From an uncultured Chloroflexia bacterium (GTDB taxonomy: Bacteria; Chloroflexota; Dehalococcoidia; UBA2979), in contig CAVSIV010000002.1 in assembly GCA_963728205.1 (NCBI GenBank), forward strand, positions 96,001-160,000: a stretch of 64,000 nt of DNA, read 5' to 3'. Made by a program: the position numbers and the translations under genes. This document shows, piece after piece, positions 48,804-64,000 of this stretch. Under the pieces are notes generated by a model. It was not told the DNA's origin, searched no databases, and worked only from the letters and a program-made list of their open reading frames with translations. Within the stretch, counting starts at the first letter, position 1. Each line of letters opens with the position of its first letter.

Positions 48804-49372
48804 TTGAGTCTGCGCCGCTCGCTGCTGCGTTCGACCGTCGCCCTGGCCCTCGCACTCGCGATCGCCGGCTCCGCCGCCGCCTGTCGCGGCGGCGGCAACG
48901 CCACCCCGTCGCCGACCGCCACCGCCGCTCCGCCGGCGACCCCGACGGCCAGCGCGACCACGGTCGCCGTCACCTCGCTCCACGACGTGAACTTCGAGGA
49001 CCCCGCCCTCGCCGGCCCGCTCATCAACCGCGCCGGCGGCGGCGAGGTGCACGAGAACCGCGTGCGGTTCGCCGACCTGATCGGGGGTGACGGCGTCGAC
49101 GAGGCGGTCGTGATCGTGGACTGGGCGGCACGGCGGGGGAGATCGGTGCGGGCGTCTTCCGGCTCGAGGGCGGACGCCCCGCGTTCGTCCAGTTCCTGCG
49201 CTACCAGGGCAGGCTCGACATTCGCCAGGACCTGGTCGTGACGCTCGAGGGCGTCTACGCGCCGGGTGACCCGGAGTCCAGCCCTTCGCGGCTGCATGAG
49301 ATCGCGTACCGCTGGAACGGCTCGCAATTCGCCGTCTTCACGGACCAGGTGATCGCGAACCCGTCGCGCTGA
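48804..49372 (+). CDS. Lipoprotein (LppP/LprE-like); 1-base frameshift near 49122
   Basis: Lipobox AAAC, Pro/Thr linker, ADLIGGDGVDEAVV. Continues in another frame as GGTAG...YAPGDPESSPS...YRWNG. Confidence 0.65.
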
Positions 49373-49563
49373 CGGGCGCTTGCATCGCAACCGTCGCCTT
49401 GTCACGTTATCCCCGAGTTATCCACGACCTTTGACAAACACGTTTGTTGATGCCACGCCGCGGCGTGGCAGTGTGCGCGTGGTCGCCGCTTTGACAGCCC
49501 CCGCCGAGCGGGAGTGCAATGCGGTCGCGCTCCACAACGATCGGGTCCGGGAGGAGAGGGAGC

Positions 49564-50068
49564 ATGGCCGACTTCGATCTGCGGTCGTCGAGTTTCGTGG
49601 ACGGCGACTACTTCGAGCGCGACTACGTCCTCGCGGAGGAGTATGGCTTCGGCTGTGCGGGCGGGAACGCACTCGCCGCAACTGTCCTGGGGCGAGCCGC
49701 CGGCCGGCACGCAGAGCTTCGCGCTCACCCTGTACGACCCCGATGCGCCGACCGGCAGCGGCTTCTGGCACTGGGTTGTGGTGAACATCCCGGCGAACGT
49801 GCGCGAGCTGCCGCTGGACGCGGGCAACCCCGAGAGTGGCAAGCTGCCGGCGGGCGCGCTTCAGGTGCGCACCGACTTCGGGAAGCCCGGCTACGGCGGC
49901 CCCTGCCCGCCCGCGGGCGACCACCCGCATCGGTATATCTTCACGGTCCACGCGGTCGGGGTAGAACAGCTCTCGGTCACGGCGGACACGTCCGCGGCGG
50001 TGGTCGGCTTCCAGCTGCACTTCAACACGCTGGCCACGGCGGCCCTGATGGGCCTCTACAAGCATTAG
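49564..50068 (+). CDS. YbhB/YbcL (PEBP) family protein; frameshift near 49670
   Basis: MADFDLRSSSF...GFGCAGGN, then SPQLSW...YDPDAPTGSGFWHW...YGGPCPP...HRY in a different frame. Confidence 0.85.
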
Positions 50069-50084
50069 GGGACGAGGCCGGAGG

Positions 50085-50621
50085 TCAGGTGCCGCGCGAC
50101 CCCGCGTCCGCCTCGGCTTCGGCGGCGGCTTCCGCCTCGAGTTCCGCGAGCCGGCGCTCGAGCGCCAGCGCGCAGCGCGCCGGTTCCGCGATCGCGATCT
50201 CCGAGAGGAGCGCACGCACGGTCCCGCGGCCCCAGGCGCTCTCGTGCGTCTCGCCGAGCCGCTCCTCCAGGCTGCGCGCGAGCGACGCGAGCATGCGGCG
50301 GTCCTGGTCGAGCCGTGCCAGCAGCCCGGGAATCGACGGCGCGGCGTACAGCAGCGCCAGCACGACGCTCGGGTCTCGGTCCTGCCGTCCGCCCGGCGCC
50401 GTCGCGCCGGCGGCCACGCTGCCGAGTGTCGCGGCCACCAGCTCCATCTCCGTCGCGAGCGCCGCCGCGCGCCAGCGCGGCGATCGCCCGTCGCCGTCGG
50501 TGCGCTCCGCGCCGGCCTCGCCCATGCGGCGCAGCGCCGCCGCGATGCGGCGGTGCAGCTCGCCCGACGCCTCCTCGAGCGCGTCGAGCGGAAGCGCGTC
50601 GAAGGCGTTTGTCTGCGCCAT
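50085..50621 (-). CDS. Hypothetical protein, possibly a degenerate DinB-like helix bundle
   Basis: Helical; HESAWGRGTVRALL resembles a DinB C-terminus without the His ligands. Confidence 0.55.
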   Translation of the reverse strand: MAQTNAFDALPLDALEEASGELHRRIAAALRRMGEAGAERTDGDGRSPRWRAAALATEMELVAATLGSVAAGATAPGGRQDRDPSVVLALLYAAPSIPGLLARLDQDRRMLASLARSLEERLGETHESAWGRGTVRALLSEIAIAEPARCALALERRLAELEAEAAAEAEADAGSRGT

Positions 50622-50698
50622 CGGGCGAGGTCCCTTTCCGCGGGCTCCGGGTCGGCCGCGGCTTCGCGCGGGACTCGTGCACTCGCTACGCTACGCGC

Positions 50699-50926
50699 AT
50701 GAAGCTGGGCCTCGGCGGACATCTTCTCGTGCTGGCCGCGCTCGTCGTCAACCTCTGGTTCGGTGGCGATCTCCTGCAGGCGTGGCTCGGGTGGGATGTG
50801 CGCCAGGTCTTCGAGTTCGCGCTCATCCTCGCGTACATGTGGCTCGTGCTCGGCATCCGCACGCCGCTCCCGTGGCAACGGCGGGACGAACGGGCCGGTC
50901 GCGATGAGGACGGGCGCGGCGCCTGA
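50699..50926 (+). CDS. Small membrane protein
   Basis: Two hydrophobic segments (MKLGLGGHLLVLAALVV...FALILAYMWLVLG). Confidence 0.6.
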   Translation: MKLGLGGHLLVLAALVVNLWFGGDLLQAWLGWDVRQVFEFALILAYMWLVLGIRTPLPWQRRDERAGRDEDGRGA

Positions 50927-50976
50927 CCCGTCGCCGTGGTCGGGCACTCGGAAGCAGCCGGCCGTGGGCCGGTCGT

Positions 50977-51053
50977 GGGCGATTAGCTCAGTTGGCCAGA
51001 GCGTTCGGTTTACACCCGGAAGGTCGGAGGTTCGAGCCCTCCATCGCCCACCA
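50977..51053 (+). tRNA. tRNA-Val (TAC)
   Basis: GGGCGATTAGCTCAG...TTCGG-TTTACAC-CCGGA...GTTCGAG...ATCGCCCACCA. Confidence 0.95.
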
Positions 51054-51278
51054 CACGCCCCCGCCACCCGGCGGCGCCGCACTCCCGCTTGTTCGCCCCG
51101 CCCATGCCGCCGAGCCGGCACGGACGACCCGTCGCCCGCCCGCCCGTCCGCGTCCGGGACACGCGTACTCTGTTGATCGTCCTCAGACCGCCCACCTACA
51201 CTCCGCGCGCCCTCGCACCCTGCGGGCCGCCTATCGCACGCACGTCGCACGCGGCGTGACGAGAACCGGGACAGTGCC

Positions 51279-52934
<1,656 letters not shown>

Positions 52935-53086
52935 GTCGGCATTCGCGCGCGGAGCAGCGAGCGGCCGGCCTCTGGCATCGCCGGTCACGGACGACGGACG
53001 CGACGGGCACGCCCGCAACCGGCGAGCAGCGAGCCGCCAGCCCGCTGGTGTCACCTGCCAGGAATGACTGCGTGCGGGAGGACCTC

Positions 53087-53566
53087 ATGCCCGACGTCAT
53101 CGACGACCTAATCCGGGGCGACGCCCAGGCGCGCGCCGAGCTGATGGAGGCGGTCGACGCCCTCACGGCCGAGCGGCGGCGCATCGGCTGGTTCGGCCCC
53201 GAGCAGTGGTCGGTCCACGACATCGTCGCGCACATCGTCGGGTGGCAGGACGGCTTCGCGGCGGCGCTCGAGGCGATGGCCCGCGGCGAGCGCCCGCAGA
53301 TCCCCGGCTTCGCCGGCGGCGATGACTTCGACGCGTTCAACGCCGCGTCGGTCGCGCAGCGCAGCGACCGCTCGTGGGAGCAGCTGATGAGTGAGGCGCG
53401 CGCCGCCCGCGAGCGCCACGAGGCGGCCGTCCGCGGCCTCCGCGGCGCCGTCGATGCCGACCGGATCGTCCCCGGACGCAGCGCCTACAACCTGGCCGAC
53501 ACCGCTGAGCACGATCGCGAGCATGCCAGCGACATCCTCGCGTGGCGTCGCGCGCAGGGCTTCTGA
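53087..53566 (+). CDS. DinB/ClbS-DfsB-like four-helix bundle protein
   Basis: WSVHDIVAHIVGW...FNA...EHDREH. Confidence 0.8.
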   Translation: MPDVIDDLIRGDAQARAELMEAVDALTAERRRIGWFGPEQWSVHDIVAHIVGWQDGFAAALEAMARGERPQIPGFAGGDDFDAFNAASVAQRSDRSWEQLMSEARAARERHEAAVRGLRGAVDADRIVPGRSAYNLADTAEHDREHASDILAWRRAQGF

Positions 53567-53610
53567 GCCCCACCCGCAGATGAGAGGCCGAGTGAGATGA
53601 GGAGCCCCCG

Positions 53611-54429
53611 ATGATCGATCGCGTCCACCACGTCGGCGTCGTCGTGCACGATGCCGATGCCGCCCTCGGCTTCTTCCGCGACGTCATGGGACTGCAGGTC
53701 ACCGAGGACCGCGTGATCGACGAGCAGGGCGTCCGCGGCGTGCTCCTCGCGCTCGGCGAGAACGAGATCGAGCTGCTCCAGCCGACCCGCGACGACACCG
53801 GCGTGGCGCGCTTCCTGGAGAGCCGCGGGCAGACGCTGCACCACATCTGCTTCAACACCGACGACGTCGCCGGCGAGCTCGCGCGTCTGACGGCGGCCGG
53901 CGTCGAGCTGATCGATGAGGCGCCGCGCGACGGCCTTGCCGGCCGCATCGCGTTCGCGCATCCGAAGTCGGTGCACGGCGTGCTCGTGGAGTTCGCGCAG
54001 CCACCGGCGGGCGCGCACACGTCGACGGCGAAGGGGTTCGACCACCTGGCGGTCACCGTCGCGGACTACGCGGCCGCGCAGGAGACCTGGAAGCGCGTCG
54101 CCGGCCTCACGGTCAGCGGCGAGATCCGGCCCGAGGGCCGCGGCATGGTGATCGGCCAGCTGCGCTGCGGGCAGTGCGTGATCGAGCTGCTCGCGCCAAC
54201 GTCGCCCGACTCGCCGATGGCGCAACGCGTCGCCGAGCAGGGGGAGCGCGCGGCGTCAATGGTCGCCATCGAGGTTTCCGATATCGCGGCCGAGATCGCC
54301 CGGTACCGCGCGCAGGGCTTCACGCTGCCCGACGCAGCGCCGGGTGCGCTCCCGAATTCGGTGACGTCGACGCTCTCGGCCGAGCAGGCGTTCGGCCTCG
54401 CAATCCAGCTGATTCAGTTCAACCCGTAG
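53611..54429 (+). CDS. mce: Methylmalonyl-CoA epimerase-like protein with tandem VOC domains
   Basis: HHVGVVV, IELLQP, LHHICF, HPKSVHGVLVEF, then a second VOC repeat. Lies in the mutase cluster. Confidence 0.8.
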   Translation: MIDRVHHVGVVVHDADAALGFFRDVMGLQVTEDRVIDEQGVRGVLLALGENEIELLQPTRDDTGVARFLESRGQTLHHICFNTDDVAGELARLTAAGVELIDEAPRDGLAGRIAFAHPKSVHGVLVEFAQPPAGAHTSTAKGFDHLAVTVADYAAAQETWKRVAGLTVSGEIRPEGRGMVIGQLRCGQCVIELLAPTSPDSPMAQRVAEQGERAASMVAIEVSDIAAEIARYRAQGFTLPDAAPGALPNSVTSTLSAEQAFGLAIQLIQFNP

Positions 54430-54575
54430 TCGTCGGGCAGATCGGTAGCCGGCGACGTGGCATGCTCGCCGCATCTCGCGCGCTCGCGGGCGTGCGGCGG
54501 GCGGCGTAAGCCGGCGCCGGGGCGGGCAGAGCAGGGCGCCCGGCGCCCGGGAGCGCGGAGAAAGGGAGACCCCAG

Positions 54576-54986
54576 ATGGCTGACGAGGAATCGCGCATTC
54601 GCGTGCTGATCGCGAAGCCGGGCCTGGACGGGCACGACCGCGGCGCGAAGGTCGTCGCTCGCGCCCTCCGCGACGCCGGCATGGAGGTGATCTACACGGG
54701 CATCCGCCAGACCCCGGCGATGATCGCCGAGGCGGCGCTGCAGGAAGACGCGCAGGTCGTCGGCCTGTCGATCCTCTCCGGCGCCCACCTCGAGCTCTTC
54801 CCGCGCGTCGTCGAAGAGCTGAAGCAGCGCGGCGTCGACGACGTCCTGCTCTTCTGCGGCGGCATCATCCCGCAGGAGGACATCCCGAAGATCCGCGAGA
54901 TCGGCTTCCAGGGCGTCTTCGGCCCCGGCACGGACACGAACGAGATCATCGACTTCGTGAAGAACCACGCCCCGGCGCGGGCATAG
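54576..54986 (+). CDS. Cobalamin-binding subunit of methylmalonyl-CoA mutase
   Basis: [31 protein letters not shown]. Confidence 0.94.
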   Translation: MADEESRIRVLIAKPGLDGHDRGAKVVARALRDAGMEVIYTGIRQTPAMIAEAALQEDAQVVGLSILSGAHLELFPRVVEELKQRGVDDVLLFCGGIIPQEDIPKIREIGFQGVFGPGTDTNEIIDFVKNHAPARA

Positions 54987-55958
54987 GTGCGCATGGAGGT
55001 CTCCGAGCTCGTCGACGGCGTGATCGCCGGGAATCGCCGCGCGCTGGCGCGTGCCATTTCGCACGTCGAGGCCGACTCGCCGTCCGGCCGCGCGGTGCAG
55101 GCGGCGCTCTACCCGCGCACCGGACGCGCCCAGATCGTCGGCTTCACCGGCTCCGCGGGCGCCGGCAAGTCCACGCTCGTCGGTGCCGTCACACGCGAGC
55201 AGCGCAAGCGCGGCCGCACCGTCGGCATCATCGCCATCGACCCGTCTTCCCCGTTCTCTCACGGCGCGATCCTCGGCGACCGCATCCGCATGCAGGACCT
55301 CACCGCCGACGGCGGCGTCTTCATGCGATCGATGGCCTCGCGCGGCAACCTGGGCGGCCTGTCGGAAAGCGCGACGGGCGTCGCCGACGTCATGGACGCC
55401 GCCGGCTTCGATGTCGTGATCATCGAGACCGTCGGCGCCGGCCAGGACGAGGTCGAGATCGCGACCGCCGCGCAGACCACGGTGCTGGTGACGAACCCCG
55501 GCGGCGGCGATGAGATCCAGTCGATGAAGGCCGGGCTGATGGAGATCGCCCAGGTGCTCGTCGTGAACAAGTCGGACCTCGCCGGCGCCGACACGGCCGT
55601 GACACAGCTCAAGGCGCTGCTCGCGATCGCGACGCTCGGCGCGTGGCGGCCGCCCATCCTCAAGGTCGTGGCGAAGACGAACGAGGGCGTCTCGGACCTG
55701 GTCGACGAGATCGACGCGCACAACGCCTTCATGCATTCGCGCGAGCACGCCGAGACCGAGCGCCGCGAGCTCGCGCGCAAGCAGATCGTCGCGCTCGCGC
55801 GCGCGGCGATGCATCGCGAGGCGCTCGCGACGGCGAGCCGCAGCGGCGCGCTGGCCGCGCTCATCGACGCCGTGGCGGACCGCCGCCGCGACCCTCGCTC
55901 GGCGGCGGAGGAGCTGCTGCTCGCGGTACGCCGCGAGTGGGGCGCGGCGGAGCGCTGA
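54987..55958 (+). CDS. meaB: MeaB/ArgK GTPase chaperone
   Basis: GSAGAGKST, DPSSPFSHGAILGDRIRM, ETVGAGQ, NKSD. Confidence 0.93.
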   Translation: MRMEVSELVDGVIAGNRRALARAISHVEADSPSGRAVQAALYPRTGRAQIVGFTGSAGAGKSTLVGAVTREQRKRGRTVGIIAIDPSSPFSHGAILGDRIRMQDLTADGGVFMRSMASRGNLGGLSESATGVADVMDAAGFDVVIIETVGAGQDEVEIATAAQTTVLVTNPGGGDEIQSMKAGLMEIAQVLVVNKSDLAGADTAVTQLKALLAIATLGAWRPPILKVVAKTNEGVSDLVDEIDAHNAFMHSREHAETERRELARKQIVALARAAMHREALATASRSGALAALIDAVADRRRDPRSAAEELLLAVRREWGAAER

Positions 55959-56016
55959 GCCGCGGCCGGCCCACGCCGGCGGCGCACGCGCGGCGCATCG
56001 ATATCATGGAGCCCGC

Positions 56017-56721
56017 ATGAGCCAGCGCCTGCGCGTCACGTTCTCCGCGACCGGCCCGGTCCAGTACGTCGCGCACCTCGACATGATGCGGACGTGGGAG
56101 CGGGCCATCCGTCGCGCCCGGCTGCCCCTCGCGTACACGCAGGGGTTCTCCCCGCATGCGCGGCTCTCGCTCGCGGCGCCGCTGCCCGTGGGCGTGCTCG
56201 GCGAGCGCGAGCTGCTCGACCTGTGGCTCGACCCGCCGGTGGCCCCCGACGCCGCTGGGCAACAGCTCGCCGCCGCGATGCCGCCGGGCATCGGCGTGAT
56301 CGCCGTCGAGGAGGTCTCCGACGCGCTCCCCTCGCTCCAGTCGTCGCTGCTCGCCGCGCGCTACGCGGTCGCGCTGCCGACGGACGTCGACGTCGGCGCG
56401 CTCCGGGCGCGCGTGGCGGCGCTGCTGGCGCGCGACACCCTCGACTGGACGGAGGAGCGCGGCGACAAGACGCGCCGCTACGACCTCCGCGCCGCGATCC
56501 TCGACCTCGCCGTCGTCGATGCCGTCTCGCCGGCAACGGGCGCCGTGCTGACGATGCGGCTCTCGCTCGGGGAGGGGCGCACCGGCCGGCCGTCGCAGGT
56601 GCTGCTCGCGCTCGCCCTCGACGGCGACGGGCTGCCGGTCACGCGCACGGAAGTCGAGCTGAGCGACGGCGCCCTCGTGGCGCGCGCCCCGGCGCCGCGC
56701 CGCGGGCACGTGGGGCCGTGA
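56017..56721 (+). CDS. DUF2344 radical SAM-linked protein
   Basis: YVAHLDMMRTWERAIRRARLPLAYTQGFSPH. Confidence 0.88.
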   Translation: MSQRLRVTFSATGPVQYVAHLDMMRTWERAIRRARLPLAYTQGFSPHARLSLAAPLPVGVLGERELLDLWLDPPVAPDAAGQQLAAAMPPGIGVIAVEEVSDALPSLQSSLLAARYAVALPTDVDVGALRARVAALLARDTLDWTEERGDKTRRYDLRAAILDLAVVDAVSPATGAVLTMRLSLGEGRTGRPSQVLLALALDGDGLPVTRTEVELSDGALVARAPAPRRGHVGP

Positions 56722-57347
56722 CCGTCCGCCTGCTGCTCGTGCGGCACGGCGAGACGGACGAGAACCGCCTCGGCCGCTCGCAGGGGCGTCGCGACGTGCC
56801 GCTCAACGCGACCGGGCGCGCGCAGGCGGCCGCACGCGCCGAGTCGCTGCGGACGCACCCGCTGGCGGCGGTCATATCGAGCCCCGCCGCCCGCTGCCGC
56901 GACACGGCCGCCGCGATGGCGGCGCCGCACGGTCTCGACGTGCGGACCGACACCCGGCTGCAGGAGCTCGACCAGGGCGCGCTCGACGGGCTGACGGGCG
57001 CCGAGATGCGCGATCGCTATCCGGAGGTGCTGCGGCGCTGGGGTGCCGACGACCCGCGTGACGTGCGCATGCCCGGCGGCGAGACGCTCGGCGAGGCGCA
57101 GGCGCGCATGGTGGAGGCCGCGCGGGACCTCGCGCGCGAGTTCGCCGGCGCGGAGGTCGTCGTCGTCTCGCACAACCTCGCGATGAAGGCGCTGCTCTGC
57201 CACGCGCTGGGCGTGCCGCTCGGCGGGTTCCGACACCTGGTGCTTGACCCGGCGTCGCTCAGTGTCGTCGACGTCCGCCGCGACGCGCCGTGGACGGTGA
57301 TCGGCATGAACGAGCGGTGCGTGGTCGCCGGTCTGCCCGCCGGGTGA
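56718..57347 (+). CDS. Histidine phosphatase family protein
   Basis: LVRHGET, SSP..RC..TA, LQELDQG, PGGET, VVSH. Confidence 0.9.
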   Translation: MTVRLLLVRHGETDENRLGRSQGRRDVPLNATGRAQAAARAESLRTHPLAAVISSPAARCRDTAAAMAAPHGLDVRTDTRLQELDQGALDGLTGAEMRDRYPEVLRRWGADDPRDVRMPGGETLGEAQARMVEAARDLAREFAGAEVVVVSHNLAMKALLCHALGVPLGGFRHLVLDPASLSVVDVRRDAPWTVIGMNERCVVAGLPAG

Positions 57348-57407
57348 CCGCGAGCAGGCGCTCTGCTACCGTGAGCGCCGGCGGGGTGGGCAAGGATCCG
57401 CGTCAGC

Positions 57408-57782
57408 GTGCGGTCGTTCCGTCTCCCCACGTTCGGGCTCGCGCACATGGTGATGGCCGTCGCGCTGCTGCTCGTCGGGCTCTTCCTCTACGCCACCGTG
57501 CAGACTGCCGCGCAGAGCTACCGCCTGCACCGCGAGCAGAAGCAACTCGACCAGCAGGTGACGACCCTGCGGCGCCAGCGCGCCGAGCTACAGGGCCTGC
57601 TTACCTACCTGAACTCGGACGAGTACATCGAGGCGTTCGCGCGCCAGCAGTTCGGCCTCGTGCGTCCCGGTGAGACCGCCGTCGACGTCCGGGCCCCGTC
57701 GCAGTCGGCAGCGGTCGTGAAGCCGGGCGAGCGCTGGTGGGAGGTGCTCTTCGGCCTGGGCGACGCGACGCCGACCCCGTGA
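57408..57782 (+). CDS. ftsB: Septum formation initiator FtsB/DivIC
   Basis: One TM segment, coiled coil, YIEAFARQQFGLVRPGE. Confidence 0.85.
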   Translation: MRSFRLPTFGLAHMVMAVALLLVGLFLYATVQTAAQSYRLHREQKQLDQQVTTLRRQRAELQGLLTYLNSDEYIEAFARQQFGLVRPGETAVDVRAPSQSAAVVKPGERWWEVLFGLGDATPTP

Positions 57783-57829
57783 CGGCCCGCGTGATCCGCT
57801 AGGCTCTACGCGCACCCGAGGGTCCGCCG

Positions 57830-58900
57830 ATGGCCGATGCCGCACGCCCGCACGCCGGCGCCGACGCGCTGCCGCGCAGCCGCGCGACGGCGGCGTTCGA
57901 GCGCCGTGTCGGCCGCGCGCTCGGCGTGTATGCGAGCGGCTCCGCGCCGCTCGTCGTCGCCGCATCCGGCGGCCCCGACTCCACCGCCGCGCTGGTCGCC
58001 ACCGCCCGGGTCGCCGCGGGCGAGGTCGTTGCGGCGTGCTTCGACCATCGCATGCGCGCGGCGGCGGAGACCGCCCGCGACCGTGCCTTCGTTCGCGACG
58101 TCGCGCGGGCGGTTGGAGCAGCAGTGCGCGTCGGGTCGGCGCGCGGCACGCCGCCCCGCAGCGAGAGCGCGGCGCGCGAGTTGCGCTATGGGTGGCTGGC
58201 GCGCGTGTGCGGTGCCGATGGTGCCACCGTCGCGGTCACAGGGCACACGCTCGACGACCAGGCGGAGACGGTGCTGCTGCGGCTGGCGCGTGGCACGGGG
58301 CTCGAGGGCGCCGGGGGGATGGCCGGCGTCGCCGCCTGGCCGCTGCCGCTGCAGGGGGGAGCGGAACGGGCGCTGCGAGTGGTGCGGCCGCTGCTCGATC
58401 TCTCACGGGGTGACGTCCTCGAGTACCTCGACGCGCTGGGTCTCGCACCGCGCGAGGACGAGACGAACGCGTTGCTGGCCTTCGACCGAAATCGCGTGCG
58501 GCATCGGGCGCTGCGGGACCTGCGACGCATCAACGGGCGTGCGACGGAGCACATCGCCGGCTTCGCTCGGCTCGCGCGCCGCGACGACGAGGCGCTTACC
58601 GCGTGGGCGCGGCGCGTGCTCGACGCAGAGGTAACGTTCGCTGCGGGCGCCGCCCGGGTGCCGCGCCGCCTGCTCGGGAACCTGCCGCCGGCGGTCGCGT
58701 CGCGAGTGCTGCGCCTGGCGGCAGCGGAGCTCGGCCTACGGTTCGAGGGGGCGCAGCTGGAGCTCCTGCTCGCGGGAGCGCGGTCGGGGGCGCGGATCGC
58801 GCTCTCCGGCGGCTCGGCGCGCGTCGAGGCGGAATGGGTGGAGATCGCGCCGGAGCCGCGATCGCGGGCGCTGCGACGCCCGGTCGCGGGCCGCGACTGA
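57830..58900 (+). CDS. tilS: tRNA(Ile)-lysidine synthetase
   Basis: SGGPDS, DHRMR, ARELRY, GHTLDDQAETVL, RPLL, RNRVR. Confidence 0.92.
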   Translation: MADAARPHAGADALPRSRATAAFERRVGRALGVYASGSAPLVVAASGGPDSTAALVATARVAAGEVVAACFDHRMRAAAETARDRAFVRDVARAVGAAVRVGSARGTPPRSESAARELRYGWLARVCGADGATVAVTGHTLDDQAETVLLRLARGTGLEGAGGMAGVAAWPLPLQGGAERALRVVRPLLDLSRGDVLEYLDALGLAPREDETNALLAFDRNRVRHRALRDLRRINGRATEHIAGFARLARRDDEALTAWARRVLDAEVTFAAGAARVPRRLLGNLPPAVASRVLRLAAAELGLRFEGAQLELLLAGARSGARIALSGGSARVEAEWVEIAPEPRSRALRRPVAGRD

Positions 58901-58995
58901 GGCCGCCGCCGATTGCGGCTCGCGCGGCGGGCACGTATTCTGGGGTTCGTCCCGATCAACGGCATCGAACGGGTTCGGGTCGCTGCCGAGCGGCC

Positions 58996-59024
58996 TTGAC
59001 GCAGAATGCGTGGTTGGGTAGTCT
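58996..59024 (+). promoter_or_regulatory. Sigma70-type rRNA operon promoter
   Basis: TTGACG-N17-TAGTCT, about 190 nt upstream of the 16S gene. Confidence 0.7.
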
Positions 59025-59213
59025 CCTCGTTCGGCGCTCACGCGAGCGCCCCCGCACATTTACATCTGGATAGCAGACAGAAACCAAAACAGGATCCCCG
59101 TTAGCCGCGGGGGCCCGGGATACGGGCGTGCCTTCGGGCACGTGCGGATCATGGGTGCCTCGGCGGTGATTCCGACGAACCAAGCACCCGCTTCGGCGGA
59201 TGTGAGATTTCGT

Positions 59214-60698
<1,485 letters not shown>

Positions 60699-60947
60699 TA
60701 GGGAGTTGCACCGTCCGGACTCACATCGAAGCAACGGTGTTGCCTCGATGCCGGCGAAGCTCCTAGTCGATCGGCCCGTCGGCCTTGCGCGAGGGATGTT
60801 CGTCCTCCGCCGGCCGGGTCGTCAGCATCGAACCTCGCTGGGCCTGGCGAGGGCTTCTGTCTGCTATCCAGCTGTCGATGTGCGCCCGCTTCGGGGACGC
60901 GCCCGCTCTCACGGCGACGCGGAGGGTCCGGGGTGCTGTGCACCGGA

Positions 60948-61024
60948 GGGCCATTAGCTCAGCCGGTTAGAGCGCAGTCCTGATAAGACTGAGGTCCCTG
61001 GTTCGAGTCCAGGATGGCCCACCA
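60948..61024 (+). tRNA. tRNA-Ile (GAT)
   Basis: GGGCCATTAGCTCAG...CAGTC-CTGATAA-GACTG...ATGGCCCACCA in the ITS. Confidence 0.96.
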
Positions 61025-61070
61025 CCGCACGGTGTCGCGGGGTCGTCCGAATTGGACGTCGAGGCTCCAG

Positions 61071-61146
61071 GGGGCCGTAGCTCAGCTGGGAGAGCGCCGC
61101 CTTTGCAAGGCGGAGGTCGGGGGTTCGATCCCCCCCGGCTCCACCA
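61071..61146 (+). tRNA. tRNA-Ala (TGC)
   Basis: GGGGCCGTAGCTCAG...CCGCC-TTTGCAA-GGCGG...CGGCTCCACCA. Confidence 0.96.
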
Positions 61147-61398
61147 GGTCACCGAGCGCACGACAGGCACCGATGCGAACCGCCCCGGCGGCGCGACCGC
61201 TTCGAGCATGGCTCGAGGTCGCGCGGCGCGGGGCGGCGTATTGACGCCGGCAGCATCGCGGGCCAGCGGCCCGCGGCGGCACGTTTAGAACAGAATACTG
61301 CTCAAGAATTTCCTGAACTGCGAGTAATCGTCGAGTGTCGGCGCAGCGTGTTCGCACGTCGCGCCGATCGCGAAGATCGCGGAGTGTGCTTGACGGAG

Positions 61399-64000
<2,602 letters not shown>

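Noticed and set aside
37955-51053. Genomic island between tRNA-Met and tRNA-Val
   Set aside because: No integrase, no duplicated tRNA 3' end noticed, no compositional shift, and the region includes housekeeping-type genes (recQ, nfuA).
51054-51278. Cobalamin riboswitch upstream of the methylmalonyl-CoA mutase
   Set aside because: No recognisable B12-box or conserved GGGAA/GCCACTG elements.

Overview
GC-rich bacterial chromosome segment; the 16S signatures and gene content suggest Chloroflexota, probably Dehalococcoidia-like (inference). From start to end it holds: redox and hydrolase accessory genes (amidinotransferase-like protein, a ferritin-like pair plus ferredoxin operon, LLM oxidoreductase, class III aminotransferase, epoxide hydrolase, Zn-ADH, SDRs, AKR), pncA-pncB, two S9 peptidases, a patatin-like protein, a P-type ATPase, a trehalose-phosphatase/GH65 pair running into a split LigD (Pol, Lig, PE) + Fpg + DUF72 repair cluster, typA, tRNA-Met, an Fe-S carrier/radical SAM/ATP-grasp locus, recQ, tRNA-Val, a methylmalonyl-CoA mutase cluster, ftsB, tilS and an rRNA operon (16S, tRNA-Ile, tRNA-Ala, 23S cut by the window end). 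The ORF track misses two in-frame UGA (probable selenocysteine) read-throughs, each followed by a SECIS-like hairpin: a GrdB/PrdB-like UxxC protein (34343-35260) and an ArsL-like radical SAM enzyme with a C-U-A-E-P tail (41698-43167). The second, with its neighbouring Fe-S carriers and ATP-grasp ligase, is the best candidate for an undescribed pathway. The window also has three families of REP-like palindromes and four single-base frameshifts that look like assembly errors. Family assignments come from motif recognition and memory; no searches were run.
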